The notes beneath the pieces were generated by a model. The model did not search any database. It worked only from the letters and a program-made list of their open reading frames with translations, and was not told the origin of the DNA. A DNA stretch of 64,000 nucleotides, taken from the IMG/VR virus record IMGVR_UViG_3300037042_007110, positions 1 to 64,000 of that record. One strand, given 5' to 3'. Of the stretch, positions 9,628-18,462 are shown piece by piece. Source of the DNA: an uncultured virus (IMG/VR IMGVR_UViG_3300037042_007110). Taxonomy: Duplodnaviria; Heunggongvirae; Uroviricota; Caudoviricetes. The translations under genes and the position numbers were made by a program. The stretch's first letter is position 1; every line of letters begins with the position of its first letter.

Positions 9628-10332
9628 GTGACGACCCCGTTCCAGTGTCCGGTCATCCCCGTCAACGATCAGGGGCTGTCTGTGCGGTTCCCGGGCGGGG
9701 CGCGCGTGACGGCTACGCACCCAGGCTTGAACGCGCAACCACTGGAACTGGCCCGGGCGCTCATGGGCCAGGCGTCCTCGGCGATGGCTCCCCTTCAGCC
9801 GATCTTCGACATCGTCGGTGCCATTCAGGCGGTTATGGACTGTATCACGGCCGTGCCTGAGATGATCGCCAACCCGGCCGCGCTCGTAGACGCCATCCAG
9901 ACGCTCATCGAGAAGGTCGACAGGCTCGCGTCCCTGGTCCCCGTCCTGTCCGTTCCGCTGATGGCCTTGGACCTCATCGACTGCCTGTTGGCGTATCTCT
10001 CCGGACTCAGCAGCCTTCTGTCCGGAATGGCTGCTCAAGAGGCGCGGATCGCTAACGCCGAGGCGGTCGCCGAGAGCGAGGACTTGGACGTGCTGCGTCA
10101 GTCCGCCGCCTGCGCTCGGGAGCAGCTCGACGCCTACTTCGCCGGGGTCAAGGCGAGCGGCGGGCCGGTCGACGCGATCATCGCGTTGCTCAACTCGTTC
10201 CTCTCCGTGGTGCCGGGCGCTCCTGAGATCCCAGGCATGGGCGACCTTGGCGAGAGCGTGCAGGAGGCGGCCGACTCCGTCGCTGCTCTGGTCGCCGTGC
10301 TGGAAGGCATCCGTCGGCTCATTCCGGTGTAG
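9628..10332 (+). CDS. Hypothetical helical protein in baseplate module
   Basis: GGAGG RBS, GTG start, phage-like codon usage; no recognised domain. Confidence 0.6.
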   Translation: MTTPFQCPVIPVNDQGLSVRFPGGARVTATHPGLNAQPLELARALMGQASSAMAPLQPIFDIVGAIQAVMDCITAVPEMIANPAALVDAIQTLIEKVDRLASLVPVLSVPLMALDLIDCLLAYLSGLSSLLSGMAAQEARIANAEAVAESEDLDVLRQSAACAREQLDAYFAGVKASGGPVDAIIALLNSFLSVVPGAPEIPGMGDLGESVQEAADSVAALVAVLEGIRRLIPV

Positions 10333-10383
10333 GGGCGCGCGTACCGGGCGCGGTAGACTGGCCGTGCGCTGGAGGAGAGAGAG

Positions 10384-11514
10384 ATGGCAGGAATCCACGT
10401 CCGAAACCTTGTTGCTCCCAGCGTCACCTCGCTTCGCGGTGTCACGCTGTTCTCCGTCGTCGCTGCCGAGCTGCTGCGCGTCGCTCGATGGACCTTCTCC
10501 TCGGACGAGGGCGGCGGTCGCTGGCAGAGCAACGTGACGCTCGACGAGCCAGGTGGGTTCGCTACCGGGTTCCGTGTGAATCCGGCAAGCCCGCGTGTCA
10601 TCTACGATCCGCTCGGGCGGTTCACGACGGCGATGGTCACGAACGGGGCGATGATCAGTCTGTTCGCGGCCAACGACCAGAACTGCGGCATGTACCGTAT
10701 CGCCGAGCGCATCGACGCGAACAACATCCGCATTTCCACCATCGCGGCGCTGCCTGCTGGATGGCTACTCGAGACTGGAATCCCAGGAAGAGTAATTGAT
10801 CTGGACACCTGGCTCATCGCTTCCGACTACACGATCATGAACGCGCCAAGCCCGTCGAACATGCAAGCGCGCATCTTCGTTGTTGCGACGTCTGGAAACG
10901 TGAACTTGTATGTGAGACCCAGAGGGAAGATCGCTGTGCCAGCAGAGTCCGCTTTGTACGCCGCGATCAACGCCTACTATCTCTTCACGCTCCACTTCAA
11001 CATGTACGCGGACGGCCAGAACGTCGTCATCTATGCCTTCGCGAACTCCAATGGGTCGCCTATAACCTACATATTTGGGTGGGGCGAACTCGATGAAGCA
11101 CCGCTTGCCGATGTGCGTCCTGGGTTCGTGTTTGGGAACGGGAATCTCCACGCGGACTACGGGAACAATCTCACGGTGCGTATGCTCGACCACGCGGACG
11201 GGCCAATCAACGGGCTCTTGACTTGGCTGCGGCGCACCTGGGACGACAGGAACAGCGCACAGACATATCGTCAGTCCCACTTCAGGCTCTTGGGAGGGAA
11301 GAAGGCGCCCGTCCGACGCCCCGAGGTCTTCATGGATAACGTGGCCACGGGTGCGTACTTGCGAGGCAGGTTTCCGCCAATCCTGGGTCAGACTTATCAG
11401 CTCTACGACCGGGAACGGCCATTCGACTCAGCGGGGAACTGGCTGCACCTTGACTCTGGAATCATCGTGCCGCGAGCTGGCGCAGATGACCCTCTTCCCC
11501 TTCGCGCGCTCTGA
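10384..11514 (+). CDS. Putative virion/tail appendage protein, paralog of 11861..13861
   Basis: GGAGG RBS; beta-rich; shares N-terminal, central and C-terminal motifs with 11861..13861; visibly more AT-rich than flanks. Confidence 0.55.
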   Translation: MAGIHVRNLVAPSVTSLRGVTLFSVVAAELLRVARWTFSSDEGGGRWQSNVTLDEPGGFATGFRVNPASPRVIYDPLGRFTTAMVTNGAMISLFAANDQNCGMYRIAERIDANNIRISTIAALPAGWLLETGIPGRVIDLDTWLIASDYTIMNAPSPSNMQARIFVVATSGNVNLYVRPRGKIAVPAESALYAAINAYYLFTLHFNMYADGQNVVIYAFANSNGSPITYIFGWGELDEAPLADVRPGFVFGNGNLHADYGNNLTVRMLDHADGPINGLLTWLRRTWDDRNSAQTYRQSHFRLLGGKKAPVRRPEVFMDNVATGAYLRGRFPPILGQTYQLYDRERPFDSAGNWLHLDSGIIVPRAGADDPLPLRAL

Positions 11515-11528
11515 GAAGGAGGGAACCG

Positions 11529-11861
11529 ATGGCGTTGCTTGATGACATCCAAACGGCAGCGGACGCGCTCAAGGCGCTGCTCGACGGCATGGAGTTCCTC
11601 GACCCTGGGGGTCGTGACCTCCCGGACGAGGTCCTCGTGGCCGAGATCCTGGCTAGTTGCTCGGCGCTCACGGCCGACGGAATTGAGCTCGTCACCGATT
11701 GGCGTGGAGCCGCGCACGCGCCAACGGCGGAGGAGATGGCCGACTGGCTCTTTGACGGATACCCTCCAAGTCAACACGCGCTGACGTTCATGGTGCGCAC
11801 GCTGTCTGGAGAAACGGCGCTGCGGTTCACGACCGACGTTCCGTTCCCCTGGAGGAGCTGA
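11529..11861 (+). CDS. Hypothetical protein
   Basis: AGGAGG RBS; TGATG coupling to next gene. Confidence 0.6.
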   Translation: MALLDDIQTAADALKALLDGMEFLDPGGRDLPDEVLVAEILASCSALTADGIELVTDWRGAAHAPTAEEMADWLFDGYPPSQHALTFMVRTLSGETALRFTTDVPFPWRS

Positions 11862-13861
11862 TGGCAACGAAGCACTGGGTCCATGACGTCCTGCTCACCG
11901 ACACGCAGGACTACATCGCGGGCGGCAACCACAACCGAGCGAACGCGCTGCTGTTCCACTTCCTTCGTGTCGCCGGGCCAACCGGATGGGAGTGGCTGTG
12001 GGAATGCGACGGCGAGGTGGGTACCCACGCGCTCAACCCAAACCACGTTCAGGATGGCAACGTCCAGGCGGTCGACGCGGCTCTCTTCTCCCAGTACGGC
12101 TCCTGCACGCTGTCAAAGGAGACGGTCGGCGTCGTGACGGGGGTGCGCCGGCTCAAAGCCGTCGTCGGCGCGGCGGGCAATGGCTTCACGACCGCTGCTC
12201 TACTGGCTATGACTGCTCCCACGGTCACAGCAACGGCCAACGGGGACACGTTGAGCGGCCCGACCAATGGGTTCATGACGCTGACCCGCGGGTCCACGTA
12301 TTTCGATCACGAGCACTCGAATCAGCAGATCACGATCAGCGGTTCTGTCAGGCCGAGCAACAATGGCAGTTTCCGCATTCTGAAGCAGGGCGGCCCCGAC
12401 GACGACAACCTGACGAAGCTGGTCTTCTACAACCCGGCCGGCATCGCGGAGAGCTACTCGAGCATCTACACGGTCGCCTATCGAATCCAGCGACGGTACG
12501 AGCTCGTCGTGCTGGCGTCGAATGGCGGGCCTGCTTGGGACGTCCAGGTCGACCCCGGAACCGGGGTCTTCGCGTCGGTCGGCTCGTTGCTGCCCACCGG
12601 CGGCGGGGCTGCAGAGCTTCAACGCTTCACGTTCTACGTCAACGGGTCTGGAAGCTGCTATGTGCGCTTGGTCGCCAGCGGCGCGGGCACGCTGTACGTC
12701 GAGGGGATGAGCGCCCACAGGTCGCTGTTCGAAGGCTGGATATGGGCGGCGGGCGAGGCCACCGGGGTCATCGCCGCGCCGGATAGGTTCTCCGTGTCGA
12801 GCGGGTTCATCTGCGACGGTGGCGTCGTTGGAATGCACCTGTTCGTCTGGGACGCGACAAACCCGAAGAACTCTGGGTGCTACGAGATCGCTGGCGATGC
12901 GGGTGGTGGCCAGGTCACGCTGAACCTCCGCTCGTCAACGAAGGTCCTGGTGGCAGCTACTGGATTGCGGTGGCGGATCGTCCACATCAGGAGCGTCCCG
13001 AACTCGACCATGCCGCTTTGGCAGCAGTCGGCTGGGTTCGGAGTCGAGTCGCCCCACGCGTCGAAGTGGCGCTTCTTCCTTCGTCAGAACCAGACATCCG
13101 CCCAGGCCTCGAAGAACTCGCAACTCTGGGCTGCTCCTGAGGACACGGACTTCGACTTCTCGAACGGGCACTTCTATCTGACCGGGGCGTCGTGTATGCG
13201 GAATCGCTGCGCGACGTGGACGCGGAACGTAAGCGGCGGCGGCAACACGCCGCTGATGCACACCTGGCGAGGGCATTACACCTACGGAACCGCGGACACG
13301 AAGAGTCGCGTCTTCGTCATGACCGACGAGGACTGCTCCTTCTTCGCCTTCGCGGTGATGGACGCGGATGGCACGCACGAGCACGGCGCGTTCACGGTCG
13401 GCTTCACGCGGACGGACCTCCCCGCGTGGCTCGACAGCGCGGAGGAGACCTTTGCGATTCTGGCTCAGTGGGAAGTGCTCTCTTCCGTGAGCGCGTTGTA
13501 CTTCGACGCAGCCGCAACACGGTTCGGGTACAGCGGAACAGGGTTCGGTGGCGACGGGCTCGCTTGCGAGTTGAGCATCGCCCAGCTTGGGCTCGGGCTC
13601 GGGACGAGCGACGACTACGAGCCCGAGCTGTACTCGCTGGCGAAGGCCAACCCAATCGACGGGACGGAATGGATGCGTCCGTTCATTGTCATGCGCGACC
13701 CGGTGGGCGCGGTCGGCCAGAGCAGCTACTGGCAGAGCGACTTCGGGCAGCACCAGGGGCGGGCGAACATGGCCGAGATCCTGACCTTCGACGCGAATGC
13801 CTTCTTGCACCTCGGCTACGGAGTCATCTGGGAGTGGGACGGCGAGGCGCTCGCGCCGTAG
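11861..13861 (+). CDS. Putative virion/tail appendage protein
   Basis: 666 aa Gly/Thr/Ser- and aromatic-rich, within the baseplate module. Confidence 0.6.
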   Translation: MATKHWVHDVLLTDTQDYIAGGNHNRANALLFHFLRVAGPTGWEWLWECDGEVGTHALNPNHVQDGNVQAVDAALFSQYGSCTLSKETVGVVTGVRRLKAVVGAAGNGFTTAALLAMTAPTVTATANGDTLSGPTNGFMTLTRGSTYFDHEHSNQQITISGSVRPSNNGSFRILKQGGPDDDNLTKLVFYNPAGIAESYSSIYTVAYRIQRRYELVVLASNGGPAWDVQVDPGTGVFASVGSLLPTGGGAAELQRFTFYVNGSGSCYVRLVASGAGTLYVEGMSAHRSLFEGWIWAAGEATGVIAAPDRFSVSSGFICDGGVVGMHLFVWDATNPKNSGCYEIAGDAGGGQVTLNLRSSTKVLVAATGLRWRIVHIRSVPNSTMPLWQQSAGFGVESPHASKWRFFLRQNQTSAQASKNSQLWAAPEDTDFDFSNGHFYLTGASCMRNRCATWTRNVSGGGNTPLMHTWRGHYTYGTADTKSRVFVMTDEDCSFFAFAVMDADGTHEHGAFTVGFTRTDLPAWLDSAEETFAILAQWEVLSSVSALYFDAAATRFGYSGTGFGGDGLACELSIAQLGLGLGTSDDYEPELYSLAKANPIDGTEWMRPFIVMRDPVGAVGQSSYWQSDFGQHQGRANMAEILTFDANAFLHLGYGVIWEWDGEALAP

Positions 13862-13873
13862 GAGGCGGAACTC

Positions 13874-14344
13874 GTGGCGACAACTATCTACTTGGTGGAG
13901 TTCCTTGGGGGTGGGCCACTCTTGGACGGGGACCCGCGGTTTGCCACGGTGTACCCAGAAACGGACCCGATCGGGGAGTTGGTCTACCCCTGGCCGTATC
14001 CCTGCCCAGCTCCGCCAACCCCGGACCCGGACCCGCCTGTCGTGACCTTCGTCGCCCCGACGCCGGGGACGACCCTGCAGCCGGGGGGCACGATCACCGT
14101 AGACGTGACCGATCCGGGCTCCGGCCTGCGGCTCACGTTCCTGGCGATCATCGAGTCCGGGACGGAGCTCGTGGAGCTGGTCCACGACGGGAGCAGCTTC
14201 ATGCCTCGCTACGTCGGCCACTCCTACAGGACGGCCATCACGGACGGGTTCCGGTACTTCTTGCGACGAGCCGGCGGGTGGCCTGCCGGCATGGTACTCA
14301 CGCTTCGCGTGTGGTCGGTCGACAAGAGCGGTAACATGGTCTGA
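13874..14344 (+). CDS. Hypothetical Ig-like virion protein
   Basis: AGGAGG RBS; Pro-rich linker followed by PPVVTFVAP...VDVTD...SVDKSGN Ig-like pattern. Confidence 0.55.
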   Translation: MATTIYLVEFLGGGPLLDGDPRFATVYPETDPIGELVYPWPYPCPAPPTPDPDPPVVTFVAPTPGTTLQPGGTITVDVTDPGSGLRLTFLAIIESGTELVELVHDGSSFMPRYVGHSYRTAITDGFRYFLRRAGGWPAGMVLTLRVWSVDKSGNMV

Positions 14345-14345
14345 G

Positions 14346-14864
14346 ATGAGCAGGGACGCAACATACCCAGTCGCGGGCGGCGGGGCGGTTCCGGGGCCGG
14401 CTGCTCCCACGTTCGCGCCCGGCCCGGCACCCGGCGGGCTCGCTGACTTCCTCGGCTTCGGGCCAGTCCGACCATGGCGGCGGGACATCAAGCACGACTG
14501 GGCCACGGCCGGCGGTCAGAAGCTGATCGCCTCGTGCGTCGGACAGGTGCTGGGAACGCGCTGCGACTGCGACTACGCGGGCGGGGAGGTGCGCTGGAGA
14601 ACCGAGTTCGGAAGCCTCCTGTACCTCATCCGGCACAGGAACAACGATCCGACGACCCGGGAGCTGGCCCGCGTCTACGTTGCAGAGGCAATCGGTCGGT
14701 GGGAGCCGCGCGTCCGGGTCACCGGAGTCGAGGTGAAGTCGCAGGACGTGCCCGGGCTCGGCGAGGTCGCCATGGCCCTCCGCGTGCGGTACGATGTCGT
14801 GAGCAGCAACCGCCCGGGCAACGCCGTCATCCTCACCGGAGCCGAGGTAGATATCGCTCTGTAG
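14346..14864 (+). CDS. Baseplate wedge protein (gp25 / gpW-like)
   Basis: VLGT..GEVRWRTEFGS, EAIGRWEPRVRV motifs. Confidence 0.9.
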   Translation: MSRDATYPVAGGGAVPGPAAPTFAPGPAPGGLADFLGFGPVRPWRRDIKHDWATAGGQKLIASCVGQVLGTRCDCDYAGGEVRWRTEFGSLLYLIRHRNNDPTTRELARVYVAEAIGRWEPRVRVTGVEVKSQDVPGLGEVAMALRVRYDVVSSNRPGNAVILTGAEVDIAL

Positions 14865-14889
14865 CTCCGGCTGCGGTATGCTCTCCCCG

Positions 14890-16407
14890 ATGGCACTCCT
14901 CGGGCAGAACGTCGACTACACGGACAAGGACTTCGACAGCCTGCGGGCGCGTCTCATTTCGCTCGTGCGCTCAGCCTTCCCGGAGTGGACCGACTTCAAC
15001 ATCGCGAACATCGGGAACATCCTGTTGGAATCGTTTGCCTTCGTTGGCGACATCCTTCTGTTCTACCAAGACAGGCAAGCCGACGAGAGCCGCATCACCT
15101 CCGCGCAACTGCGGAAGAACCTGCTCGGCCTCGTGAAGCTCATCGGCTACGAACCGGGCGGAGCAGCAGCCGCCGCGGCGGAGGTCACCGTGACCCTTGC
15201 CGTGCCGCCCGTCGGCTCCGTCACCTTCGCGGCCGGGGACACGTTCCGAACCCTGGAGATTACCGACCCTGTCGTGTTTCAGTTGCTCGCCGGCGTTACC
15301 ATGCCTGCCGGAACGAACCCGCCCGTCATCATCCTCACGGTCGAGCACAGCGCGAACGCTTCGGAGGTCTTCTCGAGCAACGGTCTGGCCAACCAGTCCA
15401 TCGTCTTCAGCGACTCGCCCTATCTGGACGGCTCGGCCGTCGTGACTGCGACCGACGGAACGTACACGGAGGTCGACAACTTCCTGACCAGCGGGAGCAC
15501 GGACCGACACTTCACCCTCCAGGTCGACGAGAACGACCGGGCGACCATCACCTTCGGAAACGGCATCAACGGCACCATCCCGAGCGGGGCCATCACCGTC
15601 GGCTACAAGACGGGCGGCGGACGGGACGGGAACGTCGTCGCCGGGGCCATCCAGAAGGCGGACAGGAACTACACGGACAACCTCGGCAACCCGGTCACGC
15701 TTACCGCCGTGACGAACACCGACCCGGCCAACGGAGGTGCGAACCGCGAGACGGTCGAGCAGATTCGGTACAACGCACCGGAGAGCATCCGGGTGCTGAA
15801 CAGGACGGTCGCCCGCGAGGACTTTGAGATCGTCGCGCGCCAGGTTGCGGGTGTTGCCCGGGCGCTCATGCTCACGTCCAACGAACGCGCCGTCATCGAC
15901 GAGAACGCGGGCAAGCTCCACGTCGTCCCCTCTGGAGGCGGGCTCCCGACCACAGTACTCAAGGACGACGTCCTCGCCGCCGTCACCACGACGTATCCGC
16001 ACACGCTGACGTTCGTCGTGGACGTCGTCGACCCCGAGTACCTCACGGTCAACGTCCAGGCCACGGTCTATCTGGCACAGGGCGCTGCGCCGGCCACGGT
16101 GGACGCGGCCATCCGGGCGAACCTCGCCGTGTTCTTCGCCTTGGAGAACGACGACGGGAGCCCGAACCTGACCGTGGACTTCGGCCTGAACTACCGCAAC
16201 GCGAACGGCGACCCGGCCGGAGAGATCGCCTGGAGCGACGTCTTCGACGTGGTTCGCGACACGACCGGGGTCCGGAAGGTCGGCGACCGGCTCGGCAGCT
16301 TCCTGCTCAACGGCGAGCAGCGCGACGTCGCCATCGCGGTGCAGCAGTTCCCCGTGCTGGGAACCGTGGTCCTGCTGAACGGGGACACGGGTGGGGTGCT
16401 GGTGTAG
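14890..16407 (+). CDS. Baseplate J / gp6-like wedge protein
   Basis: DYTDKDFDSL, PEWTDFN, FGNGING.IP, YKTGGGRDGNV, RTVAREDFE motifs; start 14890 preferred over 14878. Confidence 0.92.
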   Translation: MALLGQNVDYTDKDFDSLRARLISLVRSAFPEWTDFNIANIGNILLESFAFVGDILLFYQDRQADESRITSAQLRKNLLGLVKLIGYEPGGAAAAAAEVTVTLAVPPVGSVTFAAGDTFRTLEITDPVVFQLLAGVTMPAGTNPPVIILTVEHSANASEVFSSNGLANQSIVFSDSPYLDGSAVVTATDGTYTEVDNFLTSGSTDRHFTLQVDENDRATITFGNGINGTIPSGAITVGYKTGGGRDGNVVAGAIQKADRNYTDNLGNPVTLTAVTNTDPANGGANRETVEQIRYNAPESIRVLNRTVAREDFEIVARQVAGVARALMLTSNERAVIDENAGKLHVVPSGGGLPTTVLKDDVLAAVTTTYPHTLTFVVDVVDPEYLTVNVQATVYLAQGAAPATVDAAIRANLAVFFALENDDGSPNLTVDFGLNYRNANGDPAGEIAWSDVFDVVRDTTGVRKVGDRLGSFLLNGEQRDVAIAVQQFPVLGTVVLLNGDTGGVLV

Positions 16408-16410
16408 CCG

Positions 16411-17316
16411 ATGTCGATCTCGAACGGCGATTTCGAGCAGCGGAAGACGGGCGGCGGACCCGGAGAAGCCGAAGGCTGGGACGTCGTCGAGGTCTACACC
16501 GCCGAGGAATACGCCGAGTTCACCGTCGCCGTTGCCGACGCCGCAACGCGGGGACAGGAGACGTTCGAAGGCGAGTGGCCGGCCGGCTTCACCGTCGGCG
16601 TCATCGAAGGGTACGCGAGCTACTTCGACGACCTGTACCCCGCCTTCTTCTGCGCCCCGGGAGGGCGGCCGCGCGAGGACTTTGAGAACGGCTGGCCGGA
16701 GTCCAGCATGGGTCCGTTCACCTACTACTCGCTGCCGCTTGTGTTCGCGATGTTCAACGAGTTCCTCATCGACGACCCGCCGTTCGACGGGTTCGAGACG
16801 TGGCCGACGGTAAGCGACGAGCTCATCCCGGCGTTGATCCCAGGGGACAACATCGTCTTCGCGTCGTTCGGGTCGAGCCCGCAGCCCTACGACGGGTTCG
16901 AGACGGAGTGGCGCGACAACGAGGACTTCATCCCGGCGTTCGTCGGCCTTCTGACGGACATTGGTCCGGCCTACTTCGCGATCGGATACACGAGCGTGGC
17001 CGGGTACGATGGGTTCGAGGGGACGCTGCTCGACCTGGTCGCCGCCATCTTTGCGCCGGCGACGGACGTCTGGACGAAGGTCGGACACGGCCTTCAGAAC
17101 GGCTGGGCGGTCACGCTCACGAACTCCGGAGGCCGGCTGCCGAACGGCTTCCTCACGGAGACCGAGTACGTCGTCCAGAACAAGACGGCCGACACGTTCC
17201 AGCTCGCGGCGGTGGCCGGAGGGACGATCGTCGGCGGGACGGACGTCGGCTTCGGACAGCACTCGGCGAGACACGACACGACTTGGTGGTGGGCGACGGA
17301 GTTGACCGGAGTGTAG
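16411..17316 (+). CDS. Acidic virion-associated protein with repeated FExxW motifs
   Basis: In baseplate operon; five (D/E)xFE(x)xW-like repeats. Confidence 0.6.
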   Translation: MSISNGDFEQRKTGGGPGEAEGWDVVEVYTAEEYAEFTVAVADAATRGQETFEGEWPAGFTVGVIEGYASYFDDLYPAFFCAPGGRPREDFENGWPESSMGPFTYYSLPLVFAMFNEFLIDDPPFDGFETWPTVSDELIPALIPGDNIVFASFGSSPQPYDGFETEWRDNEDFIPAFVGLLTDIGPAYFAIGYTSVAGYDGFEGTLLDLVAAIFAPATDVWTKVGHGLQNGWAVTLTNSGGRLPNGFLTETEYVVQNKTADTFQLAAVAGGTIVGGTDVGFGQHSARHDTTWWWATELTGV

Positions 17317-17325
17317 GAGAACGCC

Positions 17326-18054
17326 ATGGCTGAATCAGAGTGGACCTTCCTGACCGGAGGCCTCGGCATCGGGAGCGTGGCTCGGGGTGTGACAGCCGGT
17401 GTGGCGAAGCCCAACGGAGGCGGCTCCTTCGTCTACGGCTTCAACAGCCGGGCCATAGTGGACGGCGCCGTCGCCCTCCACAACAACCAGGCGAGCTTCG
17501 TGCCGATGGTCAAGGGCTGCTCGATCCGCGGTGCGATCAAGCGCGCTCCCGGCGGCGGGCCGATAGGCTTCGCGCCGTTCCTGTTCGGCGGACTCCAGGG
17601 CGGTGCGGTCACGGATCAGGGGTACCTGCTCGGCCTCGGCGACGACGACCCGCACCACATCGTGCTCCGCAAGGGGTCCATCGTGGGCGGGCTGCCAGAC
17701 GACGTTCCGAATCCGCCGACGACCGACGTCTTGCTGCGGAGCAGCGCCAGCTTCTCGGAAGACGAGTGGCACCACCTCCGCCTGGACATGATCGTCCAGG
17801 GAACGGGCGACGTGTTGCTCCAGTGCTTCCAGAACGACCTGGGCGTCAACCCGGTGACGGCGCCTGTGTGGGCGCTCATCCCAGGGATGGAGGGGCCACA
17901 GTACCCAGCCATCGCCGGGTTCGTGGACGATGCCCTCGGCGTGAACACCGGCAGCCCGCCCTTCACCAGTGGCCGGGGCGGGTTCGCGTTCCGCGTCGAG
18001 GACGTGACGAGGCGCGCGTTCTTCGACCATCTCGAGATCGCCCGCCAGCTGTAA
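17326..18054 (+). CDS. Putative beta-sandwich (lectin-like) virion protein
   Basis: AGGAG RBS; WHHLRLD and GRGGFAF...FFDHLEI pattern resembling concanavalin-like folds. Confidence 0.5.
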   Translation: MAESEWTFLTGGLGIGSVARGVTAGVAKPNGGGSFVYGFNSRAIVDGAVALHNNQASFVPMVKGCSIRGAIKRAPGGGPIGFAPFLFGGLQGGAVTDQGYLLGLGDDDPHHIVLRKGSIVGGLPDDVPNPPTTDVLLRSSASFSEDEWHHLRLDMIVQGTGDVLLQCFQNDLGVNPVTAPVWALIPGMEGPQYPAIAGFVDDALGVNTGSPPFTSGRGGFAFRVEDVTRRAFFDHLEIARQL

Positions 18055-18063
18055 GGAGGGACC

Positions 18064-18462
18064 GTGGCTCTGTCGCCATTCCAGCGCGACCTCGCTGAAG
18101 ACCAGGGGCGCATCCCGAGCAACGAGATGTCCGGGGGCTACGTGTTCGAGCTTGGGCACGCGCGCCGAGAGGGCGGGAGCTTCAACATCGGCGACTACGT
18201 CGAGGTGCGCCAGACCGGAATCACCTTCGACGGGCAAGCGGCGCTCGTCCGTGTCCAGGTCAACGTCGCGCTCCCAGCCACGCTTCCCACAAGCCCAGCT
18301 GTGGAATGGGAGTTCACGGCCAGGCTGAACGGGTCGGTCCGCTACACGAGGCGCTTGCGTGCCGAACCACGGACGCTGGCGTTGCGCGACATCGCCGTCC
18401 CGACGGTGGCCGCTGGCGGCGGCGACACGCTCGCCTTTCGGCTGGAGCTGAAGGCTGCCTGA
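18064..18462 (+). CDS. Hypothetical virion protein
   Basis: AAGGAGG RBS, GTG start, TGATG coupling to next gene. Confidence 0.6.
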   Translation: MALSPFQRDLAEDQGRIPSNEMSGGYVFELGHARREGGSFNIGDYVEVRQTGITFDGQAALVRVQVNVALPATLPTSPAVEWEFTARLNGSVRYTRRLRAEPRTLALRDIAVPTVAAGGGDTLAFRLELKAA

